DNA from: Candidatus Limnocylindrales bacterium
GTDB lineage: Bacteria > Chloroflexota > Limnocylindria > Limnocylindrales > CSP1-4
DNA length: 62,239 bases
Assembly (NCBI GenBank): GCA_046599085.1
Contig: JBKJHI010000003.1
Location: 1-62,239, forward strand
Direction of reading: 5' to 3'
The translations under genes and the position numbers were made by a program. The notes beneath the pieces were generated by a model, which was not told the origin of the DNA, searched no databases, and saw nothing but the letters and a program-made list of their open reading frames with translations. Positions 26,545 to 35,530 of the stretch are shown here, one piece after another (position 1 is the first letter of the stretch; the number at the start of each line of letters is the position of its first letter).

Positions 26545-27494
26545 CGGCCGGCACGGACACCGTCGGGGCGACCCTGCACCGCGGCGCCATCCGTCGGCGG
26601 ATCGCGAGCCTTCGCTCGGCGACGGGGCACTTCCTCGGCCGCCGGGACGGGCTCATCGGCAGCGTCATCCTGACCGTGTTCATCATCCTCGCCATCGCCC
26701 CCGATCTCATCGTCGGGCCGCTGGAGAACGTCGTCTCTGCGAGCGGCCTCCGCTTCGATGCACCGTCAGCGCTGCATCTCTTCGGGACGGATCGACAGGG
26801 TCGCGACATGGCCAATCTGACCATCCACGGCACGCGCGTGTCGATGATCATCGGCATGCTCGCGACGGTCATCACGGTCTTCATCGGCGCGGTGATCGGC
26901 ATCGTCAGTGGCTTCCTCGGCGGCGCCATCGATACGATCCTCATGCGCCTGACCGACTTCTTCCTCGTCCTGCCCACGTTCGTGCTGGCCCTGATCCTGG
27001 CGCCGATCCTGATCGAGCTGATCGGCGCTCAGGCGGAGTTCCTCGGGATGCGCGTGACGCTCGTCGTCATCGTCATCGTGATCGGGATCACGTCGTGGGC
27101 CTCCACGGCTCGGATCATCCGCAGCCAGACCCTGTCCCTGCGCGAGCGTGCCTTCGTGGATCGCTCCAGGGTGGTCGGCGCGGGGCCGGGCTGGATCATG
27201 CGCCGGCACATCCTGCCGAACGTCGTGAACCTGATCGTGGCGAATACCGTCCTCACCTTCGCCGGTGCGGTCCTGACCGAGACGACACTGTCGTTCATCG
27301 GCCTGGGCGACCCGTTCCAGCCATCCTGGGGGCAGCTCCTGAACCAGGCTCAGTCGGACGGTGCGGCGAGTCTTGGGGCGTGGTGGGTGATCGCCCCGCC
27401 GGGCATCGGCATCGTCCTCGTGGTGCTCGCCTTCACACTCGTGGGTGGCGCGCTCGACGACGTCCTGAACCCGAAGCTGCGAGGCCGTCGATGA
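26541..27494 (+). CDS. ABC peptide transporter permease (DppC/OppC-like)
   Basis: Multi-TM protein with RERAFVDRSRVVGAGPGWIMRRHILPN. 4-bp overlap with the upstream permease. Confidence 0.9.
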   Translation: MTAGTDTVGATLHRGAIRRRIASLRSATGHFLGRRDGLIGSVILTVFIILAIAPDLIVGPLENVVSASGLRFDAPSALHLFGTDRQGRDMANLTIHGTRVSMIIGMLATVITVFIGAVIGIVSGFLGGAIDTILMRLTDFFLVLPTFVLALILAPILIELIGAQAEFLGMRVTLVVIVIVIGITSWASTARIIRSQTLSLRERAFVDRSRVVGAGPGWIMRRHILPNVVNLIVANTVLTFAGAVLTETTLSFIGLGDPFQPSWGQLLNQAQSDGAASLGAWWVIAPPGIGIVLVVLAFTLVGGALDDVLNPKLRGRR

Positions 27495-28630
27495 CCACCG
27501 CTGAGGGAGCCGAGCGCATCACGGTCCGGGGCCGCCGCCAGTGGCCGCTGCCCAAGCAGGCCGATCCTGCGGCGCGCCTGCTGGACGTGCACGACCTGGC
27601 CATCCGGTTCGCCCTGCCGGACGGGTCCGTCAAGGCCGTCCGTGGCGTCGACTTCCACGTGGACGACGGCGAAGCGCTCGGCATCGCCGGGGAATCCGGG
27701 TGCGGCAAGACGACGACCGCGCTGTCGCTCGTCCGTCTCCTGCCGAGCAATGCCCGGATCAGCGCAGGGTCGGTCGAGCTGTACGGCATCGACCTGGTGC
27801 CCAAGACCGAGAGGCAGCTGCAGCGCTACCGATGGCGGGAGATCGCGATCGTCTTCCAGGGCGCGATGAACGCATTGAACCCGGTCCAGCGGGTCCGCGA
27901 CCAGATCGCCGAGCCGGTCGAGCTGCGGCTGGGGCTTGATCGATCCAGCTCACGCAAGCGGGCCGGTGACCTGCTCGAGCTCGTCGGGATCCCGCGCAAG
28001 CGAGGAGCTGCGTATCCGCACGAGCTGTCGGGCGGGATGCGCCAGCGGGCGATGATCGCGATGGCCCTCGCCTGCGACCCGGCGCTGGTCATCGGCGACG
28101 AGCCGACGACCGCCCTCGACGTCATGGTCCAGGCCCAGATCCTGCAACTGCTCGAGCAGTTGCGTCGCGACCTGGGGCTGTCGCTGATCCTGATCACCCA
28201 CGACCTGTCCGTGCTGGCCGAGACGTGCGACCGGGTGCTGGTGATGTATGCCGGCAAGGTCGCCGAGGAGGGCCCGGTCCATCGCGTGTTCAGCGCGCCG
28301 CGGCACCCATACACGCAGAAGCTGGTCTCGGCCTTCCCGAACATCCGGGCCGACCGGCGGACGCTGGACGTCATCCCCGGCTCGCCTCCGGATCTGCGCC
28401 ACCCGCCACCCGGCTGCGCCTTCGCCGAGCGGTGTCCGGCCGTCATGCCGGTCTGCACTGAGGTCGTGCCGCCAGAGGTGCGCTTCGAAGACGGCGTGCG
28501 TGTCGCCTGCCACCTGTATCCGCCCGGCATCGACGGGACGACCACGGTCGCCACGGCTACTCCGGCGGCCTCGGCGACGGCCCCGGCAGCGGCGACGAGC
28601 CCGGCCAGGGCGACGGAGGCGGGCGCATGA
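27491..28630 (+). CDS. ABC peptide transporter ATP-binding protein (DppD/OppD-like)
   Basis: ATG 27491 overlaps the preceding stop. Walker A GESGCGKTT, signature LSGGMRQR, Walker B LVIGDEPTTALD, C-terminal oligopeptide-type Cys motif. Confidence 0.9.
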   Translation: MTTAEGAERITVRGRRQWPLPKQADPAARLLDVHDLAIRFALPDGSVKAVRGVDFHVDDGEALGIAGESGCGKTTTALSLVRLLPSNARISAGSVELYGIDLVPKTERQLQRYRWREIAIVFQGAMNALNPVQRVRDQIAEPVELRLGLDRSSSRKRAGDLLELVGIPRKRGAAYPHELSGGMRQRAMIAMALACDPALVIGDEPTTALDVMVQAQILQLLEQLRRDLGLSLILITHDLSVLAETCDRVLVMYAGKVAEEGPVHRVFSAPRHPYTQKLVSAFPNIRADRRTLDVIPGSPPDLRHPPPGCAFAERCPAVMPVCTEVVPPEVRFEDGVRVACHLYPPGIDGTTTVATATPAASATAPAAATSPARATEAGA

Positions 28631-29811
28631 CCGAGCTGCTGCGGATCCAGGGCCTGGAGGTCCACTTCCCCGTGCGCGGCGGCATGCTCGACACCATCAC
28701 GCGGCGGACCGCTGGCGTCGTCCGGGCTGTGGACGGCATCGACCTCACCCTGGAGGCGGGCGAAGTGCTGGCGCTGGTCGGCGAATCGGGGAGTGGCAAG
28801 ACGACGGCCGGTCGCGTCATCGTGAAGCTGACCAAGCAGACCGCCGGGACCGTCACGTTCGACGGGCAGGACGTCAGCGACCTGTGGGGCACGCGTGCGC
28901 TGCGCGCCTATCGGAAGCGGGTCCAGATGATCTTCCAGGACCCGTACGAGACGCTGAATCCGAAGCAGACGATCTACGACTTCGTCGCGGAACCGCTGTC
29001 GGTGGGGGAGCGGATGTCCGGCGAGGACCGCGATCGCAAGGTCCTGGAGGCCCTGGATGCCGCGGGCCTCCGCCCGCCCGCCGAATACGCGTTGCGCTAC
29101 CCACATGAGTTGTCCGGTGGTCAGCGTCAGCGCGTCGTCATCGCCGGTGCGCTGGTCATGGACCCCGACCTCATCGTCGCCGATGAACCGGTCTCCATGC
29201 TCGACGTCTCCATCCGGACCGAACTGCTGCACCTGATGTTGGACCTGCGCAAGGAGCGCGGCCTGACCTACCTGTTCATCACCCACGACCTGTCGCTGGC
29301 CTGGGTGATCGCGGACCGGATCGCGGTCATGTATCTGGGCACGATCATGGAGATCGGGCCGGCCGAGGCCGTCATCAGGTCGCCGCGCAATCCGTATACG
29401 CAGGCGCTGGTCTCCGTCTCCCCGTCACCCGATCCGCCGACGCAGGGCGAGCGAGCCCAGCGGATGATCCTCGAGGGCGAGACACCGGATGCGGCGCACG
29501 TACCGACGGGCTGTCGCTTCCATCCGCGCTGTCCGGTCGCGTTCGACCGATGCACGGTGGAGGCGCCGCCGCTGTTCGATGTCGGAGGTGGCCAGTCGGC
29601 GGCGTGCTGGCTGGCCGACCCCCACGTGAGCGGCGGCGCGGGTCGCGGCGCGGCGGCCGCGGTGGCTGCAACCCCCGCAACCGCGGCCGCGGTGGCTGCA
29701 ACCCCCGCAACCCCCGCGGCCGAGGTCGCGGGTCAGACTGCGGCGGTGCCGCCGGCCGACGCTTCAGTCGGTCCGCTCGGTGCCAGCGCCTCGGACGCTG
29801 CGAACCGGTAG
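28627..29811 (+). CDS. ABC peptide transporter ATP-binding protein (DppF/OppF-like) with Ala/Pro-rich tail
   Basis: Walker A GESGSGKTT, LSGGQRQR, LIVADEPVSMLD. The tail contains a duplicated AAAVAATPAT. Confidence 0.9.
   Translation: MTELLRIQGLEVHFPVRGGMLDTITRRTAGVVRAVDGIDLTLEAGEVLALVGESGSGKTTAGRVIVKLTKQTAGTVTFDGQDVSDLWGTRALRAYRKRVQMIFQDPYETLNPKQTIYDFVAEPLSVGERMSGEDRDRKVLEALDAAGLRPPAEYALRYPHELSGGQRQRVVIAGALVMDPDLIVADEPVSMLDVSIRTELLHLMLDLRKERGLTYLFITHDLSLAWVIADRIAVMYLGTIMEIGPAEAVIRSPRNPYTQALVSVSPSPDPPTQGERAQRMILEGETPDAAHVPTGCRFHPRCPVAFDRCTVEAPPLFDVGGGQSAACWLADPHVSGGAGRGAAAAVAATPATAAAVAATPATPAAEVAGQTAAVPPADASVGPLGASASDAANR
29653..29712. repeat. perfect 2 x 30-bp in-frame tandem duplication (GCGGCCGCGGTGGCTGCAACCCCCGCAACC)
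   Basis: Read directly. Lies in the 3' tail of the second ATPase gene. Confidence 0.9.
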
Positions 29812-30434
29812 ACGAAGGCACCCAGGGCACCGCCCACGATGGGCCCGACCAGGTAGATCCAGATCCCGGCGAGATCGCCACCGATCAGCGCCGACCCGAT
29901 CGACCGCGCCGGGTTGACGCTGGCCCCCGACAAGGTCGCCGAGGCGAAATGGATGGCGACGAGGGTCAACGGGATAGCCAGGGCGGCGAGGGCCTTGGCG
30001 TGCGTGGTGGACGCCAGGATGACCACGATGAACCCGGCCGACAGGAAGATCTCGATGAGCAGTGCGCCGATCTCGGTGACACCGTTGCCCGGCCGCGTGA
30101 CGCCGGCCTCGACCGCGTCCTGCGAGACCGCGAGCATGACGAACGCGCCGGCGGCGAGGGCGCCGATGACCTGGGCGACGATGTACCCGACGGCGTCCTG
30201 GACGGAGGTCCGGCCATCGATGACCGCGGCCACGGTGACCGCCGGATTGAAATGGCCGCCGGACACGTGGCCGAAGGCGAAGATCGCGGCCAGCAGCCCG
30301 AAGCCGAACGAGAACGGCACGACGAGCAGGCCCGGGACGCCCGTTGTCCCGCCGAACGCGGCGACCGACAGGTAGCCGATCCCGAAGAAGAGGAACGTCC
30401 CGAGGAGCTCGGCGACGTAGGCGCGCGTGTTCAT
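29733..30434 (-). CDS. MIP-family channel (aquaporin/aquaglyceroporin)
   Basis: Two NPA boxes (GGHFNPAVT, GASVNPARS) and six TM segments. ATG 30434 preceded by GGAGGG. Its 3' end overlaps the convergent ATPase gene by 79 nt. Confidence 0.9.
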   Translation of the reverse strand: MNTRAYVAELLGTFLFFGIGYLSVAAFGGTTGVPGLLVVPFSFGFGLLAAIFAFGHVSGGHFNPAVTVAAVIDGRTSVQDAVGYIVAQVIGALAAGAFVMLAVSQDAVEAGVTRPGNGVTEIGALLIEIFLSAGFIVVILASTTHAKALAALAIPLTLVAIHFASATLSGASVNPARSIGSALIGGDLAGIWIYLVGPIVGGALGAFVYRFAASEALAPSGPTEASAGGTAAV

Positions 30435-31123
30435 GATCCCTCCGCTGTGCTGCGTTGCGACGTCGCAACGTCCATGGGCTCCCCGAGGATAGCGGCGGGA
30501 CCGATGGCGGATCGGGCGGCCCGGACGAGCAACGCATCCCGCCAGGTCCGGCACAGGACCTCGATGAGCTCGAGCCGATCGACCGCCTGCGTCGGGCTCT
30601 GGCCGACGGCGACCGCGCCATGCCGCTCCAGCAGGACGGCATGGGGGAGCGGCTCGGGTGGTTCGCTGAACGCGGCGGCGATTCGCGCGGCCAGTTCCTC
30701 GCTGCCCATCTCGGCAAACGGCACGAACGGCAGTCGCGGCAGGTGGAAGGCCGTCTCAGGCAGCGCGGCTGGGTCGGGGACCTCGCCGGCAAGCGTCAGC
30801 GCCATGGATGCCGGCAGGTGTGCGTGGGCGACGGCAAGGATGTCCGGCCGTGCGGCGTGGACGGCCAGGTGGATCGCCAGGTCGGACGTGGGTCGGCCGC
30901 CAGTGGGCGAGCGCGCGGCGAGGGGCTCGTGGTCCGGGCGGATCAAGATGAGGTCGTCCTCGACCAGTTCGTCCTTGCGCGCACCGGTCGGGGTGACGAG
31001 CAGGCGCTCGGCATCGAGTCGCAGCGAGAGGTTGCCCTCGCCTGCGGAGATGAGGCCGCGGGCGCCGAGGCGGCGTCCGGCGTCGATGAGTGCGGCGGCG
31101 GCGAGATGCTGGTCCATGCGCAC
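30431..31123 (-). CDS. class II aldolase/adducin-domain protein
   Basis: GEGNLSLR..LLVTPTG and a His-rich metal site context (LAVHAARPDILAVAHAH). Its stop overlaps the aquaporin start (ATGA). Confidence 0.8.
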   Translation of the reverse strand: MRMDQHLAAAALIDAGRRLGARGLISAGEGNLSLRLDAERLLVTPTGARKDELVEDDLILIRPDHEPLAARSPTGGRPTSDLAIHLAVHAARPDILAVAHAHLPASMALTLAGEVPDPAALPETAFHLPRLPFVPFAEMGSEELAARIAAAFSEPPEPLPHAVLLERHGAVAVGQSPTQAVDRLELIEVLCRTWRDALLVRAARSAIGPAAILGEPMDVATSQRSTAEGS

Positions 31124-31149
31124 ATCCTAGGTCGCCTACCATCCGGCGA

Positions 31150-32412
31150 GTGAGCGACCCCGTTTCCTCCGAGGTGATCGAGCCGTCTGCACGCGAGATC
31201 CCGCTCGGCCAGAACCGCGACTTCAAGGTCGTGCTGGGCTCCCAGGGTGCATCGGCGATCGGCGATGCCGTCAACTTCACGGCCCTCCCGCTCCTCGTGT
31301 TCGCGCTGACGGGCTCCGGTCTGATGATGGGCATCGTCGGTGCGCTCCAGACGCTGCCGGACCTCCTGTTCGGGATGGTCGCGGGAGCTCTCGCGGACCG
31401 CGGCGATCGGCGCCGGATGATGTTCCTGGCGGACCTCGGCCGCGCGGCCCTGACCGCCCTGATCCCGCTCTCCGTGTTCCTCGGCTGGCCGACGATCGTC
31501 GTGATCCTCATCGTCTCATCGCCGTTGAGCCTGCTGCGGACGTTCTTCCTCGCCGCGTACACGGCAGCCGTCCCGACCCTTGTCGGTCGCAGTCAGATCA
31601 GCCTCGCGAATTCGTACTTCGAGGCGATCTACTCGAGCGGCTACATCGTCGGGCCAGCGGTCGCCGGGATCCTGTCGTCCGCCATCGGGCCCGGGCCGAC
31701 GCTGGCCATCGATGCCGCCACGTTCGCCGTCTCGTCACTCGGCCTGGCGTTCATCCGGCGCGATCTGCGTGCCCCGATGGACCGCAAACGGAACCCATTG
31801 ATCGAGGAGATCCGCGAGGGGATCACGTTCATCGCCGGCCACACCGTCCTGCGGGCGGCGATCCTGTTCTGGGGGCTGCTCTCGATCCTGACGGCGCCCC
31901 TCGTCGCGGCGCTGACCGTTCACATCACGCGCGACCTCGGCTACGACGACGCCGTGCTTGGGTTCGTCCTGGCCGCGTACGGCGTCGGGACGGTGGTCAG
32001 CGCGCTGTTGACGACACGCGTGCCCGGCCGGCCGGTCGCGCCGTTCCTGCTCGGCGGGACCGTGATCACCGGCATCCTGCTGCTGGGGGTCGCCGTGGCC
32101 GGGTCCGAGCCGGCACTGCTGCTCGTCAGCGCACTCGCCGGGGTGAGCCAGTCCGCCGTCTTCCTCACGTACATCAGCCTGCGCACGGTGCTGTCGCCGT
32201 ACGAACTGATGGGCCGCATCGGGAGCACCGCGCGGACCATGTCGCTGGGCCTGCAGCCTGTGGGTCTGCTGATCGGAGGGATCCTCATCGACGTGACGAG
32301 CGGCTCATTCACGATCGCGCTGATGGGTGGCGCGCTGGTGCTGCTCGGCTTGGCGTTCCTGGCCGTCGCCGACCTGCGGCACGCGACACTCCGAGTCCCT
32401 CGAGGGAGCTGA
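31150..32412 (+). CDS. MFS transporter
   Basis: About 12 predicted TM segments and a GALADRGDRRRMM loop motif. GTG 31150 chosen because ATG 31090 would overlap the divergent aldolase gene. Confidence 0.8.
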   Translation: MSDPVSSEVIEPSAREIPLGQNRDFKVVLGSQGASAIGDAVNFTALPLLVFALTGSGLMMGIVGALQTLPDLLFGMVAGALADRGDRRRMMFLADLGRAALTALIPLSVFLGWPTIVVILIVSSPLSLLRTFFLAAYTAAVPTLVGRSQISLANSYFEAIYSSGYIVGPAVAGILSSAIGPGPTLAIDAATFAVSSLGLAFIRRDLRAPMDRKRNPLIEEIREGITFIAGHTVLRAAILFWGLLSILTAPLVAALTVHITRDLGYDDAVLGFVLAAYGVGTVVSALLTTRVPGRPVAPFLLGGTVITGILLLGVAVAGSEPALLLVSALAGVSQSAVFLTYISLRTVLSPYELMGRIGSTARTMSLGLQPVGLLIGGILIDVTSGSFTIALMGGALVLLGLAFLAVADLRHATLRVPRGS

Positions 32413-32422
32413 GGTCGGGCGT

Positions 32423-32575
32423 TCAGGCAGCGCGCGCGAGGTCCCCGGTCGCGTTGCGGGCCATGTCAGCGTCGCCGGCGATATCCAGGCGGCCGCACCC
32501 CGCGCACTCGATCGCGACGAGGGTCGCCTCGACGAACGCCGGTTCGTCGCAGATGGGGCAGTCGGTGGTGAGCAT
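32423..32575 (-). CDS. 50-aa CxxC...CxxC zinc-ribbon-like protein
   Basis: MLTTDCPICDEP..IECAGCGRL, with GGAGAG 5 nt upstream of ATG 32575. The longer ORF 32423..32815 has no better support. Confidence 0.45.
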   Translation of the reverse strand: MLTTDCPICDEPAFVEATLVAIECAGCGRLDIAGDADMARNATGDLARAA

Positions 32576-32636
32576 CGGTCTCTCCGTGGGGCTTCCGTTG
32601 CCAGAAGTCTCCCTCGTGCCCGTGTCACCTAGGCTG

Positions 32637-33230
32637 TCACAGCTCCCGGCTCTGGTAGCGGAAGCACGTCGGCAGGTGGTCGTCGACGAGGCCGACGCTC
32701 TGCATGAACGCATAGACGATGGTCGAGCCGACGAATCGGAAGCCACGGGTCTTGAGATCACGCGACAGCGCATCCGACATGGGGGTCGTCGCCGGGATCG
32801 CGTCAGGACCGGCATCCGCGGGTAGCCGCGTCGGCGGCCCTGCGACGATCGAGCGGAGGTAGGCGTCGAATGACCCGAACGCCGCCGTCGTCGCCAGGAA
32901 CGCGGCGGCGTTGCCGATCGTCGCGTCGATCTTCGCCCGGTTGCGCACGATCGATGCGTCCGCCATCAACCGCTCGCGATCCGCATCGGCGTAGGCCGCG
33001 ATGACGCGCGGATCGAAGGCTTCGAACGCCACTCGAAACCCCTCGCGCTTGCGCAGGATCGTGATCCAGGCGAGGCCCGCCTGGAACGACTCGAGGACGA
33101 GCCGCTCGAACAGCTCCCCGTCGTCGTGGCAGGAGACGCCCCATTCCGTGTCGTGATAGGCCGCCATCAACGGGTCGGGCGTCTCGCCGCCGGTCCACCA
33201 GCACCGCGCGAGTCCGTCCGCCACGTTCAT
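32637..33230 (-). CDS. tag: DNA-3-methyladenine glycosylase I
   Basis: Tag pattern: CWW..DPLMAAYHDTEWG, FERLVLESFQAGLAWITIL, IVRNRAKI. Confidence 0.9.
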   Translation of the reverse strand: MNVADGLARCWWTGGETPDPLMAAYHDTEWGVSCHDDGELFERLVLESFQAGLAWITILRKREGFRVAFEAFDPRVIAAYADADRERLMADASIVRNRAKIDATIGNAAAFLATTAAFGSFDAYLRSIVAGPPTRLPADAGPDAIPATTPMSDALSRDLKTRGFRFVGSTIVYAFMQSVGLVDDHLPTCFRYQSREL

Positions 33231-34624
33231 GGGATGGGCATCGTATCGAACAGGGTGCTGCGAAGCTGCGGGTCCGCGGATGGGCGGCGCGCGTTGAAGA
33301 CCGACCGGAAGATATCGCCCGAGACCGTGCGTTGCCCGCCCGAGCCGATGAGCGTCACGCTGCGCAGCCGCCCCCCGATGCCACGATCGGTGAGGTCCAG
33401 GGCGCTCAAGGTCCCGACGTTGGTCCGGCTGTCACCGGCGAAGATCGTGGACAGGGCCGCACGGGTGTAGGTGGCCGTGGACCACGTCGCGTACGGTGCC
33501 GCCGCGTCGTAAGCCGAACCATCCGCACGACGGTCAGGCCCCCCGCGGAGGTAGCTGACCGGGCCTGCCACGACCGCGCCGGAGGCGTTCACGTAGACGC
33601 TCTCGTTATCTTCCGTGGCACCGCCGCCGGTCGAGTGGAACATCGCGTTGACGATCTCCGAGCCGTTCTTGAGCACGACCCCGGCGGTGCCGGTCACGGC
33701 GGCAGTCGTCGCTGACTTCTCGCCATCGAGGCCGAGATAGACCTGCGAGCTCGAGTCGTCCGCGACGTCGAAGTACGTGACGCCCGGTCGGAGGCGGCGG
33801 GCAGCGTACGAGCGGGCTGCGATGGCCTGGGCCCGCAGCGCCTGCGCGTGCCAGGTCGAGGGCATCTCGGCCGGGACGACGCCGCGCAGGTAGAGCTCGA
33901 GGCTCAACTCGTTGGTGACGCTGGCGTTCGTGGACGTGCTCGGCAGGCCGACCCGGATCACGACGCGGAATCGGTCCGCGGTCGTCGGTTTGGCATCGAC
34001 CTCGAAGACGGTGCTGCTCGTCACGCCCCGGATCCGGAACGTGCCGATCGCCGCATCGCGCAGCGTCGAACCGCCCGCGGACAGCACCTTGACCCGCCAC
34101 GTGACCTTGGTGCTGCTGACCGTCGGGCGGACCTCGAGACGGGCGTCCGTCGGGAAGACGGTCCCGACCCCATCGATCGTCCAGGCGCCGTTGCGGCCGG
34201 TGAGGACGATCGGCTTCGAGGCCGACGCGGCCAGGGCTGCGAACAACCGGACCCGGATCGGTGTGTCGAGGGCGACGGCACCAAGCTCGGTATCCCGGAA
34301 GTAGTGGGCGAGGATGTGTTCGGCCTGCTGGCCGTCGATGGCGCGACCCAGGGCGCCGTACTGGCTCAGGCCGACGCCGTGTCCGTAGCCGCGGCCGCGG
34401 AGGCGGATCGTGTCGCCGAGGACGGTCGGTCCGGTCGCGCTCGGCCAGTTCGTGGTCGGCAGGGTGGTCGGCTCGATCGTGGCGACCGGATCGGACCGGC
34501 TCGGCGGGGTCCGGGCGTCCACGGTCCCGACAGGTAGCCCAGCCAGCCCGATCACGGTGAGCGCGACGAGCGCGGCCGCGAGGGATCGCGGGAACGCAGG
34601 TCGGCGCTGGTCGCTGGTCGGCAT
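33227..34624 (-). CDS. SpoIID/LytB-domain protein (secreted)
   Basis: Signal/TM segment, GYGHGVGLSQYGA, LYLRGVVPAEMP and MFHSTGGGATE motifs. 4-bp overlap with the tag start. Confidence 0.85.
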   Translation of the reverse strand: MPTSDQRRPAFPRSLAAALVALTVIGLAGLPVGTVDARTPPSRSDPVATIEPTTLPTTNWPSATGPTVLGDTIRLRGRGYGHGVGLSQYGALGRAIDGQQAEHILAHYFRDTELGAVALDTPIRVRLFAALAASASKPIVLTGRNGAWTIDGVGTVFPTDARLEVRPTVSSTKVTWRVKVLSAGGSTLRDAAIGTFRIRGVTSSTVFEVDAKPTTADRFRVVIRVGLPSTSTNASVTNELSLELYLRGVVPAEMPSTWHAQALRAQAIAARSYAARRLRPGVTYFDVADDSSSQVYLGLDGEKSATTAAVTGTAGVVLKNGSEIVNAMFHSTGGGATEDNESVYVNASGAVVAGPVSYLRGGPDRRADGSAYDAAAPYATWSTATYTRAALSTIFAGDSRTNVGTLSALDLTDRGIGGRLRSVTLIGSGGQRTVSGDIFRSVFNARRPSADPQLRSTLFDTMPIP

Positions 34625-34781
34625 CGGCTCCTCGTGGTGGTGCCCGCGCCGCGCGTCGGCGTCTGCAGGCCCGCCCAGGGGCGGAAGGAGAGCATGCCCG
34701 CTGCATCCACGCGCCGGCCATGACCCGACGGGGCCACGGCACCGGTCGCCGATGGGGCTATCGGGCCGCTACGCTATCGAT

Positions 34782-35315
34782 ATGGATCTCCGCTGTTTCC
34801 TGGGACATGGGGCGAGTGGGACGGCCGCCAGCATGACACCGTTCATCGACGGTCTCCAGTCCCTCGGTGTCACCGCCACGGCCATCGACCTGCCCAGGCG
34901 CAAGGCGGAGGACGCCCTGCCGGCGTTCCACCTGGTGGTGCCATCGATGCCGGATGTCGTCGTCGGGGGGCAATCCTACGGTGGTCGGGTCGCCAGCCTC
35001 GCCGCCGCGGAGGCGGATGCGCCATACGCGGCCCTCGTGCTGTTCAGCTTCCCGCTCCATCCACCTGGTGGTCACGAACGGGCAGATGCCCGTTCCGCGC
35101 ATCTGCCGGCCATCCGTTGTCCGACGCTGTTCCTGTCCGGAGAGTCGGACCCGTTCGCACGGCTGGACCTGCTCCGCGCCGCGGTCCAGACGGTCGGCGG
35201 CCCGGCCGAGCTCGTCACGTACCCACGGCTTGGCCACACGTTGAAACCAGTCCTCGAGGACGTCCTGGATCGGGTCGCGGCGTTCCTGCGCGACGTCGGA
35301 TCGACCGCCGCCTAG
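34782..35315 (+). CDS. small alpha/beta-fold hydrolase (KANL3/Tex30-type)
   Basis: 177 aa from ATG 34782. Has LGHGASG, a nucleophile context GGQSYGGRV, and LFLSGESDPF. Confidence 0.7.
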   Translation: MDLRCFLGHGASGTAASMTPFIDGLQSLGVTATAIDLPRRKAEDALPAFHLVVPSMPDVVVGGQSYGGRVASLAAAEADAPYAALVLFSFPLHPPGGHERADARSAHLPAIRCPTLFLSGESDPFARLDLLRAAVQTVGGPAELVTYPRLGHTLKPVLEDVLDRVAAFLRDVGSTAA

Positions 35316-35530
35316 GCAACACGACCCCCTTGCCGGATCGCGATCCGGCCCGTATCCTCGCCGACCCAAGGCGCCGTGCCCCACCCGCGGCGCCGCAGCA
35401 CTTGTCCCGTCGGAGTCGGGCTCGCGAATATCGCGAACGTCGCGGACCCCCATCCCGCGCCACCCGACCTTGACCCGGCAGGTCCCGCGATCGATCCGCT
35501 CACCGGACGACCGGGAGGAAGGACACGATA

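Noticed and set aside
31090-31149. ATG 31090 as the MFS transporter start
   Set aside because: It would overlap the 5' end of the divergent aldolase-family gene and add an Arg-rich non-membrane segment. GTG 31150 was chosen instead.
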